Assembly (NCBI GenBank): GCA_043798985.1
Contig: JAZDOE010000003.1
Span: 7,917 to 71,916 of the forward strand
Direction: 5' to 3'
DNA length: 64,000 bases
Origin: Candidatus Falkowbacteria bacterium
GTDB lineage: Bacteria > Patescibacteriota > Patescibacteriia > UBA11705 > JACRDX01
Below, piece after piece: positions 18,963-28,667 of this stretch. How positions within the stretch are numbered: the stretch's first letter is position 1; every line of letters begins with the position of its first letter. A model generated the notes under the pieces. The model was not told where the DNA came from. It made no database searches and was given only the letters and a program-made list of their open reading frames with translations. A program made the translations under genes and the position numbers.

Positions 18963-20237
18963 TTAGCTACACGCACCTTGTTTCCATATTGGTAGATTGA
19001 TGGCGTCTAATCCTTCACAAAATTGAACGGTTGAATCTGGAATCACTGTCCCATCTACTGTCGTGCAACACCCTATAGCGTTTGGATCTGCTGTCGGCAC
19101 AACGCCTTCTTCGCACGCGCCGTTCCATTCAAAGTGCATTGGATCATAATAATTTTTCCATCCACCACCCCATATAAAATTATGTTTTTGGAAAATGTTA
19201 ATCACCCATGCTGGGATATTCGTTGGGATTGGCTGCCCATTGTTGTAGTCTTTGCATTCTGTGTCATAAGTTCCATCCTTTAGTTTTGAGCAAGCTGGGT
19301 TTTGACACGTTGCAATGTCAACAGCAACTGCAAACCTGTGGGGAGATGGTTTCCATTGGCCCGTTTTATTTGATATGCAAGTTTCTTTTGGACATTCTGT
19401 TTCGGGGCAGCTCGCAACGCAGCGCCACACATATATCCATGGACGTTGTTTGTCTGATTTGTTAGAGAGTTTTTTGCCATTTGCCGCGGGCGCATTACAC
19501 GGCGCATACACAATTTTTTCAAATTCCGGCCAGCGCGAGTCAGTCATTATTTCATTGCTGATTGCTTGAAAAATTGGTTTTACTACCTTTGCACATCCGC
19601 CAGTGTTATTATTTCCAAGGAAAGGGCACGAACTGTCTATGATAGCGGACATTTCAGATTTTGATTGTTTAACAACTTGATTCCAGCACGGGCCATGTTT
19701 TGTTTGGGAAATCCATTGTTGAAAGGGTTGGTCGTCAAAGATAACAGGTTCGCTTTTGACCATTGCGAGACGCAAGCTTTTTAATTTTGTGAGCTCTGGG
19801 TTGATTATGTACAAAAGCAAATAAGCGGCAAGAAGAATGATTAAGCCGCTAAGGCTGCCAAGAATAGTTTTTTTGCTTTTTTCAACCCAAGATTTATTAA
19901 CCCCGCTTGTCATGTAAAAAAAACCGCCGATGATTACCAAAAGCGTAGCGAACACCGCGCCAATAATCAGGGCGTATTTGTAAATCGCGATTAGATATTC
20001 AGCAATCCACGGAATATCAATTGATTGCGGCTCGCCGGCCGCGTTTGTTGTGATTGTTGCTTTTGAAAAACTGGGAAGTGTTGGAATCGGTATGTTTAAT
20101 GCCGGTCCTTCAACTGGATCAACGTTGGCTGGAGCTGTCCCTGTTGTTGGCCCCGCCAACGGTGGGGCGGTTTGGGCAAACGCGAAAATAGGATATAATA
20201 ATAAAATTAAGCTGGTAAGCAATAATAATTTGCGCAT
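18963..20237 (-). CDS. LAS-family (peptidase M15-like) zinc cell-wall peptidase fused to a VirB2-like N-terminal membrane module
   Basis: 'HRFAVAVDIA' and 'DPMHFEW' resemble the H-x-x-x-x-x-x-D / H-x-H-hydrophobic zinc motifs of M15/LAS peptidases; N-terminal 170 aa paralogous to the 17086-18501 product. Confidence 0.5.
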   Translation of the reverse strand: MRKLLLLTSLILLLYPIFAFAQTAPPLAGPTTGTAPANVDPVEGPALNIPIPTLPSFSKATITTNAAGEPQSIDIPWIAEYLIAIYKYALIIGAVFATLLVIIGGFFYMTSGVNKSWVEKSKKTILGSLSGLIILLAAYLLLYIINPELTKLKSLRLAMVKSEPVIFDDQPFQQWISQTKHGPCWNQVVKQSKSEMSAIIDSSCPFLGNNNTGGCAKVVKPIFQAISNEIMTDSRWPEFEKIVYAPCNAPAANGKKLSNKSDKQRPWIYVWRCVASCPETECPKETCISNKTGQWKPSPHRFAVAVDIATCQNPACSKLKDGTYDTECKDYNNGQPIPTNIPAWVINIFQKHNFIWGGGWKNYYDPMHFEWNGACEEGVVPTADPNAIGCCTTVDGTVIPDSTVQFCEGLDAINLPIWKQGACS

Positions 20238-20244
20238 GGCGAAG

Positions 20245-21501
20245 TTATTTTAATTGAATAGAGTGTAAGGTGTTGGTTTGTTTATCAACAAAATATAAAT
20301 AGTCGCCATCAGGAGAGACAGTCATTTTATCAATTGTGTAATTATATTCCGGTTCCGCGATAAAACTTGTCATTCCTGTTGTTAAATCAATTTTGTAGAC
20401 ATAGTCTGGAATGGAATCAGCAATTTCCGGAGTTGTCCCAGCGTTGGCGGGCAATTCTTTTGGAACAGCGCAATAAGCAGTGTCATTGTCTCCAAAAGCG
20501 CATTTGTTCACCCATGTTTTTAAATTAATTTTTTTGTGATTATAGCCGACAGTTGTTGGCGAAGCATTAACTATGTATAAACACGGATCCATGTTTTCCA
20601 CGGGATTGTATGTGCTGTACAATATTTTGTCACCAGCAGGCGACCAGTCATATTTAAAGCCAAGTCCTTTCGCGTCAAACGCTTGAAAATTTTCCTGATT
20701 TTGCCCGATCATTTGTATTTTTGTAGTAATACCGGTTCCGCCGCTTTTGAACAGCGCTATTACCTGCCCGTTTGGCGACCATTCAGGAAAAACATACATT
20801 GCTTTGTCGCCAACATTGTCAATGTATTTTTGGCCCGAGCCATCTGGATTGGCAATGGCAAGCCAGCTGTATTCTGGATTTGGATCCAAATCTTTAAACA
20901 CAATTTTGTCACCAGCCGGGCTAAAGCTGAAATTTTGCCAGCTTTTTGGCAAAGTTGTTTGCTGTCCCGTCTTAAAGTTGAACAAAATATTTGATCCATC
21001 TGGGAATTCTAGAATCGCCTGATCGTCATCATTTGCCCACACAATATTTTTTACGTTTTTATAAATTTTATCTGTCAAAAGTTCTTTGTCGCCAGTTGAT
21101 GTGATTTTATAAAACGCGCCAGAACTTGCGTCGTATGAATATAGTCCGCCAGTTTTAGTGACGCGAAATGATGGAGTAATGTCAAAGGAAAGTGTTTTTA
21201 CGGCCGTTATTCCGCCTTTGGCAATGGAGTCTGGCTTTTTGCCTTCTGGCGCTGCAACTTTGGTGATTTTTTTCTCGGCTGCAAATTGTTCTGCGGCTTT
21301 TTGCGTTGAAACTTTTGTTAAATCTTTCGCTGGAAGCTTGCCAAGCGCTTGGCCGGAAATTTCTTCTTCGGTCAACGTAGTTGATGGCGTTGTCGGTCCT
21401 GCTCCCGTGAAAAAAAGATAGTAAATAAAAAAACCGATAACTCCTACGATTATAATAAAACCAAAAATCAACAGCAGTTTTTTAACAGGAATTTGCGGCA
21501 T
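20245..21501 (-). CDS. TolB-like PD40 beta-propeller protein with N-terminal TM anchor
   Basis: Repeated 'WSPNG/WSPAGDKI' PD40-like motifs. Confidence 0.5.
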   Translation of the reverse strand: MPQIPVKKLLLIFGFIIIVGVIGFFIYYLFFTGAGPTTPSTTLTEEEISGQALGKLPAKDLTKVSTQKAAEQFAAEKKITKVAAPEGKKPDSIAKGGITAVKTLSFDITPSFRVTKTGGLYSYDASSGAFYKITSTGDKELLTDKIYKNVKNIVWANDDDQAILEFPDGSNILFNFKTGQQTTLPKSWQNFSFSPAGDKIVFKDLDPNPEYSWLAIANPDGSGQKYIDNVGDKAMYVFPEWSPNGQVIALFKSGGTGITTKIQMIGQNQENFQAFDAKGLGFKYDWSPAGDKILYSTYNPVENMDPCLYIVNASPTTVGYNHKKINLKTWVNKCAFGDNDTAYCAVPKELPANAGTTPEIADSIPDYVYKIDLTTGMTSFIAEPEYNYTIDKMTVSPDGDYLYFVDKQTNTLHSIQLK

Positions 21502-21773
21502 AAAAAGTAAAATTATTTTTATTTTTAAGGTAGTATTTCTTTTATTTTTTCAAGAAACACAACGACTAAAATTACTACAAACAAAATAAGCGCCACTGGC
21601 AAGCACGAACCAATTGAGCAACAACATCCGCTAATCGCTGGAATGATTGCTCTTTTTGCGACTTTTTTCGCGATCTTGCTGACTTTTTTTGCAGAGCTAC
21701 TATGTTGGTTGTTGTCGTTTGATAATGGATTGATTGCCATGATATTAATTTTATCACATTTGGGCGTGAATTG

Positions 21774-22658
21774 CTAAATCATGTCGCGCAAAGCTTTAAC
21801 GCGCTGTTCAATTGGTGGGTGAGTGGAAAAAAGAGAACTAAGAATTCTTTTGCTGGAAAAATATGGGCTGGCAAAAAATAAATGCGCGGTCGCGTTGCTG
21901 AATCGTTGCATTGGTTGTTTATATTGGCTGATTTTTTCAAGAGCGCGCGCTAATCCTTCTGGGTATCTTGTTAAAAGCGCGCCAGATGCGTCGGCTAAAA
22001 ATTCTCGTTTGCGGGAAATCGCAAGTTGAATCAATTGTCCGATAATCGGTGAAAGTATTATTAAAATAATTCCGACAATCGCTAAAATGCCGCCGCTATT
22101 TTTATTATTGTTCAGCCGTCGTCCGCCGAACAAAAAACTGCGCGTGAACATGTCCGCGATAATTGACAACGCGCCAACTAAAACAACAACCAGCGTCGCC
22201 AGACGGACATCATAATTTTTTACGTGCGAAAGTTCGTGCGCGATAACGCCTTCCAATTCTTCATTTTCCATTATCTGAATTAGCCCGGTTGTTATCGCGA
22301 TTGACGAGTGTTCTGGGTTGCGGCCGGTTGCAAACGCGTTTGGCGCGGGATCATTGATTATATAAACTTTTGGCGTTTGCAATCCGGCCGCGATGCAAAG
22401 ATTTTCAACTATTCGGTAAACATAAGGATTTTCTTCTTTGCTGATTGATTTTGCGCCAGCGGAAACCAGCGCGATTTTATCGCCGGCAAAGTAGCTGATT
22501 CCTACCATGAACATTGAAATTACAACAGCAACAACCAAGGGCGAATATCCATAATTCAAAACGCGCGACAAAATATAACCAATTCCAGCAATTAAAATGA
22601 AGAATATAAAAATCAAAAATATTGATTTGCGTTTGTTTGAATCAATTTGGGAATACAT
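21774..22658 (-). CDS. htpX: zinc metalloprotease HtpX (M48)
   Basis: 'HELSHVKNYD' HExxH motif, four TM helices; start trimmed to MYSQ to avoid overlap with lemA. Confidence 0.8.
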   Translation of the reverse strand: MYSQIDSNKRKSIFLIFIFFILIAGIGYILSRVLNYGYSPLVVAVVISMFMVGISYFAGDKIALVSAGAKSISKEENPYVYRIVENLCIAAGLQTPKVYIINDPAPNAFATGRNPEHSSIAITTGLIQIMENEELEGVIAHELSHVKNYDVRLATLVVVLVGALSIIADMFTRSFLFGGRRLNNNKNSGGILAIVGIILIILSPIIGQLIQLAISRKREFLADASGALLTRYPEGLARALEKISQYKQPMQRFSNATAHLFFASPYFSSKRILSSLFSTHPPIEQRVKALRDMI

Positions 22659-22659
22659 A

Positions 22660-23232
22660 CTAGAATTTAACGGCGACCGGTTGTTTTTCTGATTCTTCCG
22701 CGGCAAAGAAATCAAATTTGGCGAATCCGAAGATGGCGGCGATTATGTTGCTTGGAAAAGTTTCTCGTTTGATGTTAAAATCACGAACATTCCCGTTATA
22801 AAATCTGCGGGCGGCCTGGATTTTATTTTCCGTGTCAGAAAGTTCGTCCTGCAATTTTGCAAAATTGGTTGACGCTTTCAAATCCGGATACGCTTCGGCT
22901 ACCGCGAACAAAGATTTTAAAGTCGCGGAAAGCATGTTTTCAGCGTTTTCAATTTGTTTTTTGTCTCCAGATGCTTCGGCGTTCATTGCTGACGCGCGGG
23001 CGATTGTCACTTTTTCAAAAAGTTCTTTTTCGTGCGCCGCATAACCTTTCACCGTTTCCAATAAATTTGGAATAAGGTCGTACCTACGTTTGAGCTGGAC
23101 GTCAATATCTGACCAAGCTTCTTGCGCGCGATTGCGCAAACGGATGAATCCGTTGAATACAACGATGAGCCAAAAGATGATTACCGCGACAACCGCGATA
23201 ATAATCCAAACAAACGTTGGGATTGTGTTCAT
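22660..23232 (-). CDS. lemA: LemA family protein
   Basis: N-terminal TM plus 'AWSDIDVQLKRRYDLIPNLLETVKGYAAHEKELFEKVT' LemA signature; classic LemA-HtpX pair. Confidence 0.8.
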   Translation of the reverse strand: MNTIPTFVWIIIAVVAVIIFWLIVVFNGFIRLRNRAQEAWSDIDVQLKRRYDLIPNLLETVKGYAAHEKELFEKVTIARASAMNAEASGDKKQIENAENMLSATLKSLFAVAEAYPDLKASTNFAKLQDELSDTENKIQAARRFYNGNVRDFNIKRETFPSNIIAAIFGFAKFDFFAAEESEKQPVAVKF

Positions 23233-23299
23233 AAGATTATAATGTTAAGTTAAGTTTGCATTTCTTATCAATATTGTATAATTAAGCAATCTGAATTGC

Positions 23300-23427
23300 A
23301 AATTCGAAGCGCGAAGTTCGAAATACGAAACAAGTTCGAAACACGAATTTCCCAATGTTTGAAACGTTCTGATTTCGAATTTGGAATTTGTTTAGGATTT
23401 AGGATTTCGAATTTCGTATTTATAAGT
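23300..23427. repeat. AT-rich conserved leader module, copy B
   Basis: acacgaatttcccaatgtttgaaacgttctgatttcgaatttggaatttgtttaggatttaggatttcgaatttcgtatttataag, ending 3 nt before the ATG. Confidence 0.7.
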
Positions 23428-23429
23428 TT

Positions 23430-24761
23430 ATGGACAACATTTTTAAAGCTTACGACGTGAGAGGCGTTTACCCGAATGAATTGAATGAGGAAATAATGGA
23501 AAAGATCGGAGGGGCTTTTGTTAAATTTTTAGGCGCAAGTTCAATATTGGTTGGTTGCGATATGCGAATTTCTACGCCGCAGCTGGTTGAAGCGTTTAAG
23601 CGAGGAGCGTTGAAAGGTGGCGCGCAAGTGACTGACCTTGGGCAAATTAGTACTGACTGTTTATATTTTGCTTCTGGGAAATATAATTTGGCTGGCGCTA
23701 TGATTACTGCGTCGCACAATCCAAAAGAATGGAATGGCGTGAAATTTTGCCGAGCTGGCGCAGAACCGATTGGGGCTGATTCTGGTTTGCGAGAAATTGA
23801 GTCATTAGTAATTAAACAAAGTATTTTGTCGGAATTTCGCGACCATTGCCAAAGTTTTATTGATAAAACAAAGCTGCGATCATTGAAAGTTGTGATAGAC
23901 GCGGGAAATGGAATGGCAGGCAAAATGGTTCCAGCTGTTTTTCAGGGGTTGCCGATTCAAGTTGTCCCGTTATTTTTTGAGCTTGATGGAAATTTTCCAA
24001 ATCACCAGCCAAGTCCGATTGAAAAAAAGAACAACTTGGCGTTGATTGAGCGGGTGAAAGTTGAGCGCGCGGATTTGGGTTTGGCGTTTGATGGTGATGC
24101 TGATCGTGTATTTTTTGTTGATGAGCACGGAGAAATGGTTGATAGTTCGTTTATCACCGCGATGATTGCGAAAAAAATGCTGGAAAAATTTCCACGCGAA
24201 AAAATTATTTATTCTGTGACAGTCAGCAACGCTGTGCCAGAGTTGGTCGCGAAAATGGGAGGCAGCGCGATTTTAACGAAAGTGGGGCATTCGTTTATCA
24301 AACAAGTGATGAAAGAGACCAATGCGATTTTTGGTGGGGAACATTCTGGGCATTATTATTTTCGCGATAATTTTCGCGCGGATAGTGGAATAATCGCGGC
24401 ATTGATCGTGTTGGAAATGTTGAGCGAAGCCTCGGCGCAAGACGGGCGAAACGGCAAACCGTTTTCAGAATTGGTTGGCGAATTCCAAACATATCATAAA
24501 ATTGAAGAGACGAATTTTCAGGTTGCCGATGTCAAAGTTGTTTTGGAAAATTTTAAAAAACAATTTGGAGCGAATTTGGCGCAAGATTTTGATGGAATGA
24601 GTTTTGAATTTAAAGATGCTTTTGGAAAAATAGAATGGTGGTTTAATGTCCGCGCGTCAAATACAGAGCCGGTTTTGCGGTTGAATTTGGAGGCAAAGAC
24701 AAGGGAGTTGATGGCAGAGAAGTTTGGTGAGATTGCTTCAATAATAAAATACCCCCGCTAA
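23430..24761 (+). CDS. phosphomannomutase/phosphoglucomutase (alpha-D-phosphohexomutase)
   Basis: Active-site 'TASHNPKEWNG', metal loop 'DGDADR', 443 aa. Confidence 0.85.
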   Translation: MDNIFKAYDVRGVYPNELNEEIMEKIGGAFVKFLGASSILVGCDMRISTPQLVEAFKRGALKGGAQVTDLGQISTDCLYFASGKYNLAGAMITASHNPKEWNGVKFCRAGAEPIGADSGLREIESLVIKQSILSEFRDHCQSFIDKTKLRSLKVVIDAGNGMAGKMVPAVFQGLPIQVVPLFFELDGNFPNHQPSPIEKKNNLALIERVKVERADLGLAFDGDADRVFFVDEHGEMVDSSFITAMIAKKMLEKFPREKIIYSVTVSNAVPELVAKMGGSAILTKVGHSFIKQVMKETNAIFGGEHSGHYYFRDNFRADSGIIAALIVLEMLSEASAQDGRNGKPFSELVGEFQTYHKIEETNFQVADVKVVLENFKKQFGANLAQDFDGMSFEFKDAFGKIEWWFNVRASNTEPVLRLNLEAKTRELMAEKFGEIASIIKYPR

Positions 24762-24775
24762 GTTTTAGCGGGGGA
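24753..24775. terminator. bidirectional hairpin cccccgctaagttttagcggggg (family also at 51300 and 39776)
   Basis: Perfect GC stem between convergent genes. Confidence 0.6.
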
Positions 24776-24781
24776 CTTGCT

Positions 24782-25762
24782 TTACGCGCCAGCGCCTGCT
24801 TCCGGCGCTGGCGTTTCGGTTGCGTCCGGTATCTTTACCAGCGCAACGAATTCTCTGAATGTTTGTGACTCTAACACCTGCTCTTCGACGCATGTCTCGA
24901 ACGCCATCTGAATCGTTGTCTTTCCGTTGTTACTGGCTACGAGCATCTGCGCGCGTTGCAAACACTCGGCGTACATTCTGACGGCTTGCAATATCTGTGA
25001 CTTTTTGGGCCATTTTTTGCAACCGACAGCAATGTCCATAACGACGCGGTAAACAAAGTCTCCGAAAAAGCGTTCGTCGGCACATTTGTTGCGCAGTTCT
25101 TTCTCTCTTTCGCGTGCGGCCTTGAGCTCTTGCTCGTTTGTGTTGAGTTGACTGAAAATAGGGAAATCATCCGCAGTAGCGGAGTTGATCAGTCGGAGCG
25201 CTGATGGAATTTCAACTCGCACACGTGGGGACGCTGCCCCGAGTGTTTTGATTACCCCGCTTCCAAATCCCAGCTCAATCATCCACGTTGCATAGTTGCC
25301 AGTACATTTCGTAAAGTATATGCGAGTGGGAATCCAGTTTTTTTCATTTTTCGGTAGGATCTTGGGCTTGCGGAACTTGCTCGTGGAAATCCAGAGAATT
25401 GCGCCTGGAATTTCGTGGTCCGGCTTGATCGCAGAATTCCAGTAGGGCTTGTCTTCCTCGTCTCTAAACGGCTTGTCAGGATGCGAGTGAAACTGATCGT
25501 CTTTGTCAGCGAAAAAGTAGAATCCTTGTCCGATGACCGAATGCCGGATGAACTTGCACAGGATCGTCCCCGCAATGAGCAATAAGACTAATGTGAGCAG
25601 ACCCGTCAGCAGCATTGGCAGTCCTGTCGTGAAAAGAAACAGGAGGGCAGCGAAAGCGCCAAGAAAGATGAGTCCAATTGCTTCGGCGACAGACCACCAA
25701 CTTTGAGGAAAAACTTTCCAGTACTCTTCGCATGCCGCACATTTCTTCATCTCTTCAACCAT
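24782..25762 (-). CDS. GC-rich hypothetical membrane protein (two N-terminal TM helices, cytoplasmic domain of unknown function)
   Basis: AAAGGAG RBS before MVEEMKK; GC-rich relative to backbone; no recognisable domain. Confidence 0.4.
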   Translation of the reverse strand: MVEEMKKCAACEEYWKVFPQSWWSVAEAIGLIFLGAFAALLFLFTTGLPMLLTGLLTLVLLLIAGTILCKFIRHSVIGQGFYFFADKDDQFHSHPDKPFRDEEDKPYWNSAIKPDHEIPGAILWISTSKFRKPKILPKNEKNWIPTRIYFTKCTGNYATWMIELGFGSGVIKTLGAASPRVRVEIPSALRLINSATADDFPIFSQLNTNEQELKAAREREKELRNKCADERFFGDFVYRVVMDIAVGCKKWPKKSQILQAVRMYAECLQRAQMLVASNNGKTTIQMAFETCVEEQVLESQTFREFVALVKIPDATETPAPEAGAGA

Positions 25763-25922
25763 GACCGACTCCTTTCGCAACAGGCCCGTTTGTCCCATTG
25801 CTCAAGTGCGTTGGTTAGCCTTTTCCAAGACCCTGTGCCTTGAAAATACCTAACCGCAGCGTTGTTAATGAACAGGACAACTTTATCATTTTTTTAAAAA
25901 GAAGTCAAATTGGATGGGATGT

Positions 25923-26013
25923 CATTTCGACCCCACATCGTGGGGGAGAAATCCCTCGTAAAGATTCTGCGAAGGGATTTCTCACCCTTTTCAAGGGTTC
26001 GAAATGACAGTGC
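25923..26013. repeat. ~90-nt multi-hairpin palindromic element (partial second copy at 33737-33775)
   Basis: Outer stem tgtcatttcgaaccc/gggttcgaaatgaca, inner hairpins cccacatcgtggg, ggagaaatccctcg...cgaagggatttctc and acccttttcaagggt. Confidence 0.6.
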
Positions 26014-26058
26014 GCTAGGTTGCGTTGGTTATTTCGTTTATGGTATCATTATAAAGAT

Positions 26059-27186
26059 ATGTTGACAGTGATTATTTTTATTTTAGTTTTAGGCGCGCTG
26101 GTTTTTGTTCACGAGTTGGGTCATTTTATTTCTGCGAAAAAATTGGGCATACGGTCAGATGAATTTGGTTTTGGTTTTCCGCCGAGAATTTGCGGGCTTA
26201 AAAAAGTGGATGGCAAGCGAAAGTTTTTTTGGGGAAACGTGAATGTTCAATCAGAAGACACGATTTATTCTTTAAACTGGATTCCACTGGGCGGGTTTGT
26301 AAAAATAAAAGGCGAGGATGGTGAAAATAAAGAAGAAAAAGACAGTTTTGCTTGCCGCAAACCATGGCAGAGATTTGTGGTTTTGAGCGCTGGCGTTGCA
26401 ATGAATTTTTTGTTTGCGGCCGTAATATTCATGTTTATTTTTTCCATTGGCGCGCCGCAAGGAATTGATGATGGCAATTCTCGTTTTATAAAATCAATCA
26501 AAGAACCGGCTGTTCAGGTAATACAAATAGTTCCAAATTCGCCAGCTGAAAAAGCGGGAATGAAATTGGGAGATGTGATTTCTATGATTGGCGGCGCGCC
26601 AGTTAAAAATGTTGATGAGGTGCGCGCCGCGTTAAAAGATAAAGATGGAAAAGAAGTGGTTGTTCAAATTGCGAGAATCGGTGAGACTCAAACATTGAAA
26701 ATTACGCCAACAAAAATGGATAGCGCGGACGGCGCGGCACTTGGCGTTGGTTTAACCGCGACAGGAATTGTCACTTACAAATTTCCATATGGTTTATGGA
26801 TTGGCCTTAAAACAACGGTATTGCTGACTGGCGCCATTGTCCAAGGGCTTTATTTGGTAATAAAAAACTTGATTATTTCCGCGCCGATTGGCGTTGACGT
26901 GGCCGGTCCTGTTGGCATTGCGGTAATTACCGGTCAAGCGGCGCGCATGGGTTTTGTCTATTTGCTCCAGTTCACAGCATTGCTGTCAATCAATCTTGGC
27001 ATTATTAATTTTTTGCCATTTCCGGCATTGGACGGCGGTCGCGTGTTGTTTTTGCTGATTGAAAAAATACGGCGCAAACCAATTGACCAAAAAATTGAAA
27101 ATGTGGTTCATACCATTGGATTCGCGTTGTTGATTGGGCTTATTGTTTTAATTACCGGTAGAGATATTTGGGGATTAGTTGGCTAA
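26059..27186 (+). CDS. rseP: RIP metalloprotease RseP (site-2 protease, M50) with PDZ domain
   Basis: 'HELGHF' in the first TM, PDZ 'IVPNSPAEKAGMKLGDVI', C-terminal 'LPFPALDGG'. Confidence 0.8.
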   Translation: MLTVIIFILVLGALVFVHELGHFISAKKLGIRSDEFGFGFPPRICGLKKVDGKRKFFWGNVNVQSEDTIYSLNWIPLGGFVKIKGEDGENKEEKDSFACRKPWQRFVVLSAGVAMNFLFAAVIFMFIFSIGAPQGIDDGNSRFIKSIKEPAVQVIQIVPNSPAEKAGMKLGDVISMIGGAPVKNVDEVRAALKDKDGKEVVVQIARIGETQTLKITPTKMDSADGAALGVGLTATGIVTYKFPYGLWIGLKTTVLLTGAIVQGLYLVIKNLIISAPIGVDVAGPVGIAVITGQAARMGFVYLLQFTALLSINLGIINFLPFPALDGGRVLFLLIEKIRRKPIDQKIENVVHTIGFALLIGLIVLITGRDIWGLVG

Positions 27187-27314
27187 AATACGAAGCACGA
27201 AACCCGAAACCCTAAACAAGCTCGAAATTCGAATTTCCCAATGTTTAAAACATTCTGATTTCAGGTTTCGCATTTGTTTCGGATTTAGTGCTTCTAATTT
27301 CGAATTTACAAGTT
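27187..27314. repeat. AT-rich conserved leader module, copy C
   Basis: tcgaatttcccaatgtttaaaacattctgatttcaggtttcgcatttgtttcggatttagtgcttctaatttcgaatttacaag. Confidence 0.7.
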
Positions 27315-27316
27315 TT

Positions 27317-28015
27317 ATGGCCAAGATATTACAATTTCGACCAGCAGAGCAATTTACCCCGCCAATGGCGGGACCGCAAACTGAAAAACGCGAAAACGCG
27401 CTGGATTTTAAAATTTGGTTGCAAAAATTTGATGAATTGAAAAATTATTGGTCAGCGCAACAGGACGATTTTTTGGCAAAACGAGAAGATCGCGATGTTT
27501 ATGATATTGAAGAAGAAGGCGTGGCAATTGGCGCGGAAACGCAGGTTTTGCGGGATTTTCAAGATTTTTTAGTGCGCAACTTTATAGAAAAGCGCGTGCC
27601 ATTGATTGAAGTTGATGGTGATGATTTTAAAAAAATTGAAGGTGGTGAAAAATTGATTCAACACTTGCGCGTAGCAGGTTATGACTTTGAAAAGCTAATG
27701 AAATATTGGCAAGGCAAATATAACAAATATCGTTTGAATTGGTCTAGTTCGGTTTTTGGGGAAGCGCAATTGTTTTTAGATGTTATTAAAGATGAAAAAG
27801 AGAAAGCAAAAATTGAAAGAGAATTGTTTGGTTTGATGGCGCGGATGAAAATGGTTTATAAAATGGAGATTGATGGTGTTGATGAGACAACCCGCGCGAT
27901 TGCAATGAAAGAGCGCGAGCTGTTGCTCGGGGCAGTTGATGATTTTTTGGAAGATTTGATGGAATATTGTCGCGCTAATTTAGTTGGCGCAAGCAGTCGT
28001 CGGAACGCCGGTTGA
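27317..28015 (+). CDS. hypothetical protein (acidic, helical)
   Basis: ORF in frame with track ORF 27179; start placed after the repeat by analogy with copies A and B. Confidence 0.35.
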   Translation: MAKILQFRPAEQFTPPMAGPQTEKRENALDFKIWLQKFDELKNYWSAQQDDFLAKREDRDVYDIEEEGVAIGAETQVLRDFQDFLVRNFIEKRVPLIEVDGDDFKKIEGGEKLIQHLRVAGYDFEKLMKYWQGKYNKYRLNWSSSVFGEAQLFLDVIKDEKEKAKIERELFGLMARMKMVYKMEIDGVDETTRAIAMKERELLLGAVDDFLEDLMEYCRANLVGASSRRNAG

Positions 28016-28594
28016 TTGATTAACCCAAAAACTGATTGAGCCGCCGCAGGGACCGGCAAACGGATCGTCTAGAGGATATCCGTATTTTTTTATTTCAAAA
28101 TGCAAATGCGGACCAGTTGATTTTCCGGAATTTCCGGTTTTTCCGATTTTTGCGCCGCACAAAAGCGACTGATACCATGGCACAGTTCCTTTTGTCATAT
28201 GACCATAAATTGTAATTTCGCCAATGCCATCTGTCATGTTGTTTTCGTGATCTATTTTAACGTAATTGCCATAGCCACTGCCGCACGTGCTGGTCCAACT
28301 TCCTTGGTCAGGACAATTGTCATAGCGATAATAAAGTCCGCCTTTTGCCGCGGAATATATTTGCGTTCCTTTCGCCGCAAGAAAATCTGTTCCTTTGTGG
28401 CCATTGTAAGTTAAATTTGCACTGCAATAATAATTTTTCAAGCCGGCCGCTTTATCATTGTCATAGTAGGCGCTGAATACAGCGCCGATTGTTGTATTTA
28501 GCGGCCGGCGGAGTTTTACAAATGCGGCGTTGGTTGTTGAGCAGGCGACGCACATAAGAGCGATCATGATTGTGATGAAAAGTTTGTGGAACAT
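27980..28594 (-). CDS. M23 family peptidase (LytM-like)
   Basis: 'GHKGTDFLAAKGTQIYSAAKG' and 'GNSGKSTGPHLHFEI' zinc-site motifs; signal peptide. Confidence 0.8.
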   Translation of the reverse strand: MFHKLFITIMIALMCVACSTTNAAFVKLRRPLNTTIGAVFSAYYDNDKAAGLKNYYCSANLTYNGHKGTDFLAAKGTQIYSAAKGGLYYRYDNCPDQGSWTSTCGSGYGNYVKIDHENNMTDGIGEITIYGHMTKGTVPWYQSLLCGAKIGKTGNSGKSTGPHLHFEIKKYGYPLDDPFAGPCGGSISFWVNQSTGVPTTACAN

Positions 28595-28667
28595 ATAAGT
28601 ATAATGTCAAATATCAAATTTCAAATATCAAATCAATGTCAAAATTTTAATTTCAAATGTCAAAATA

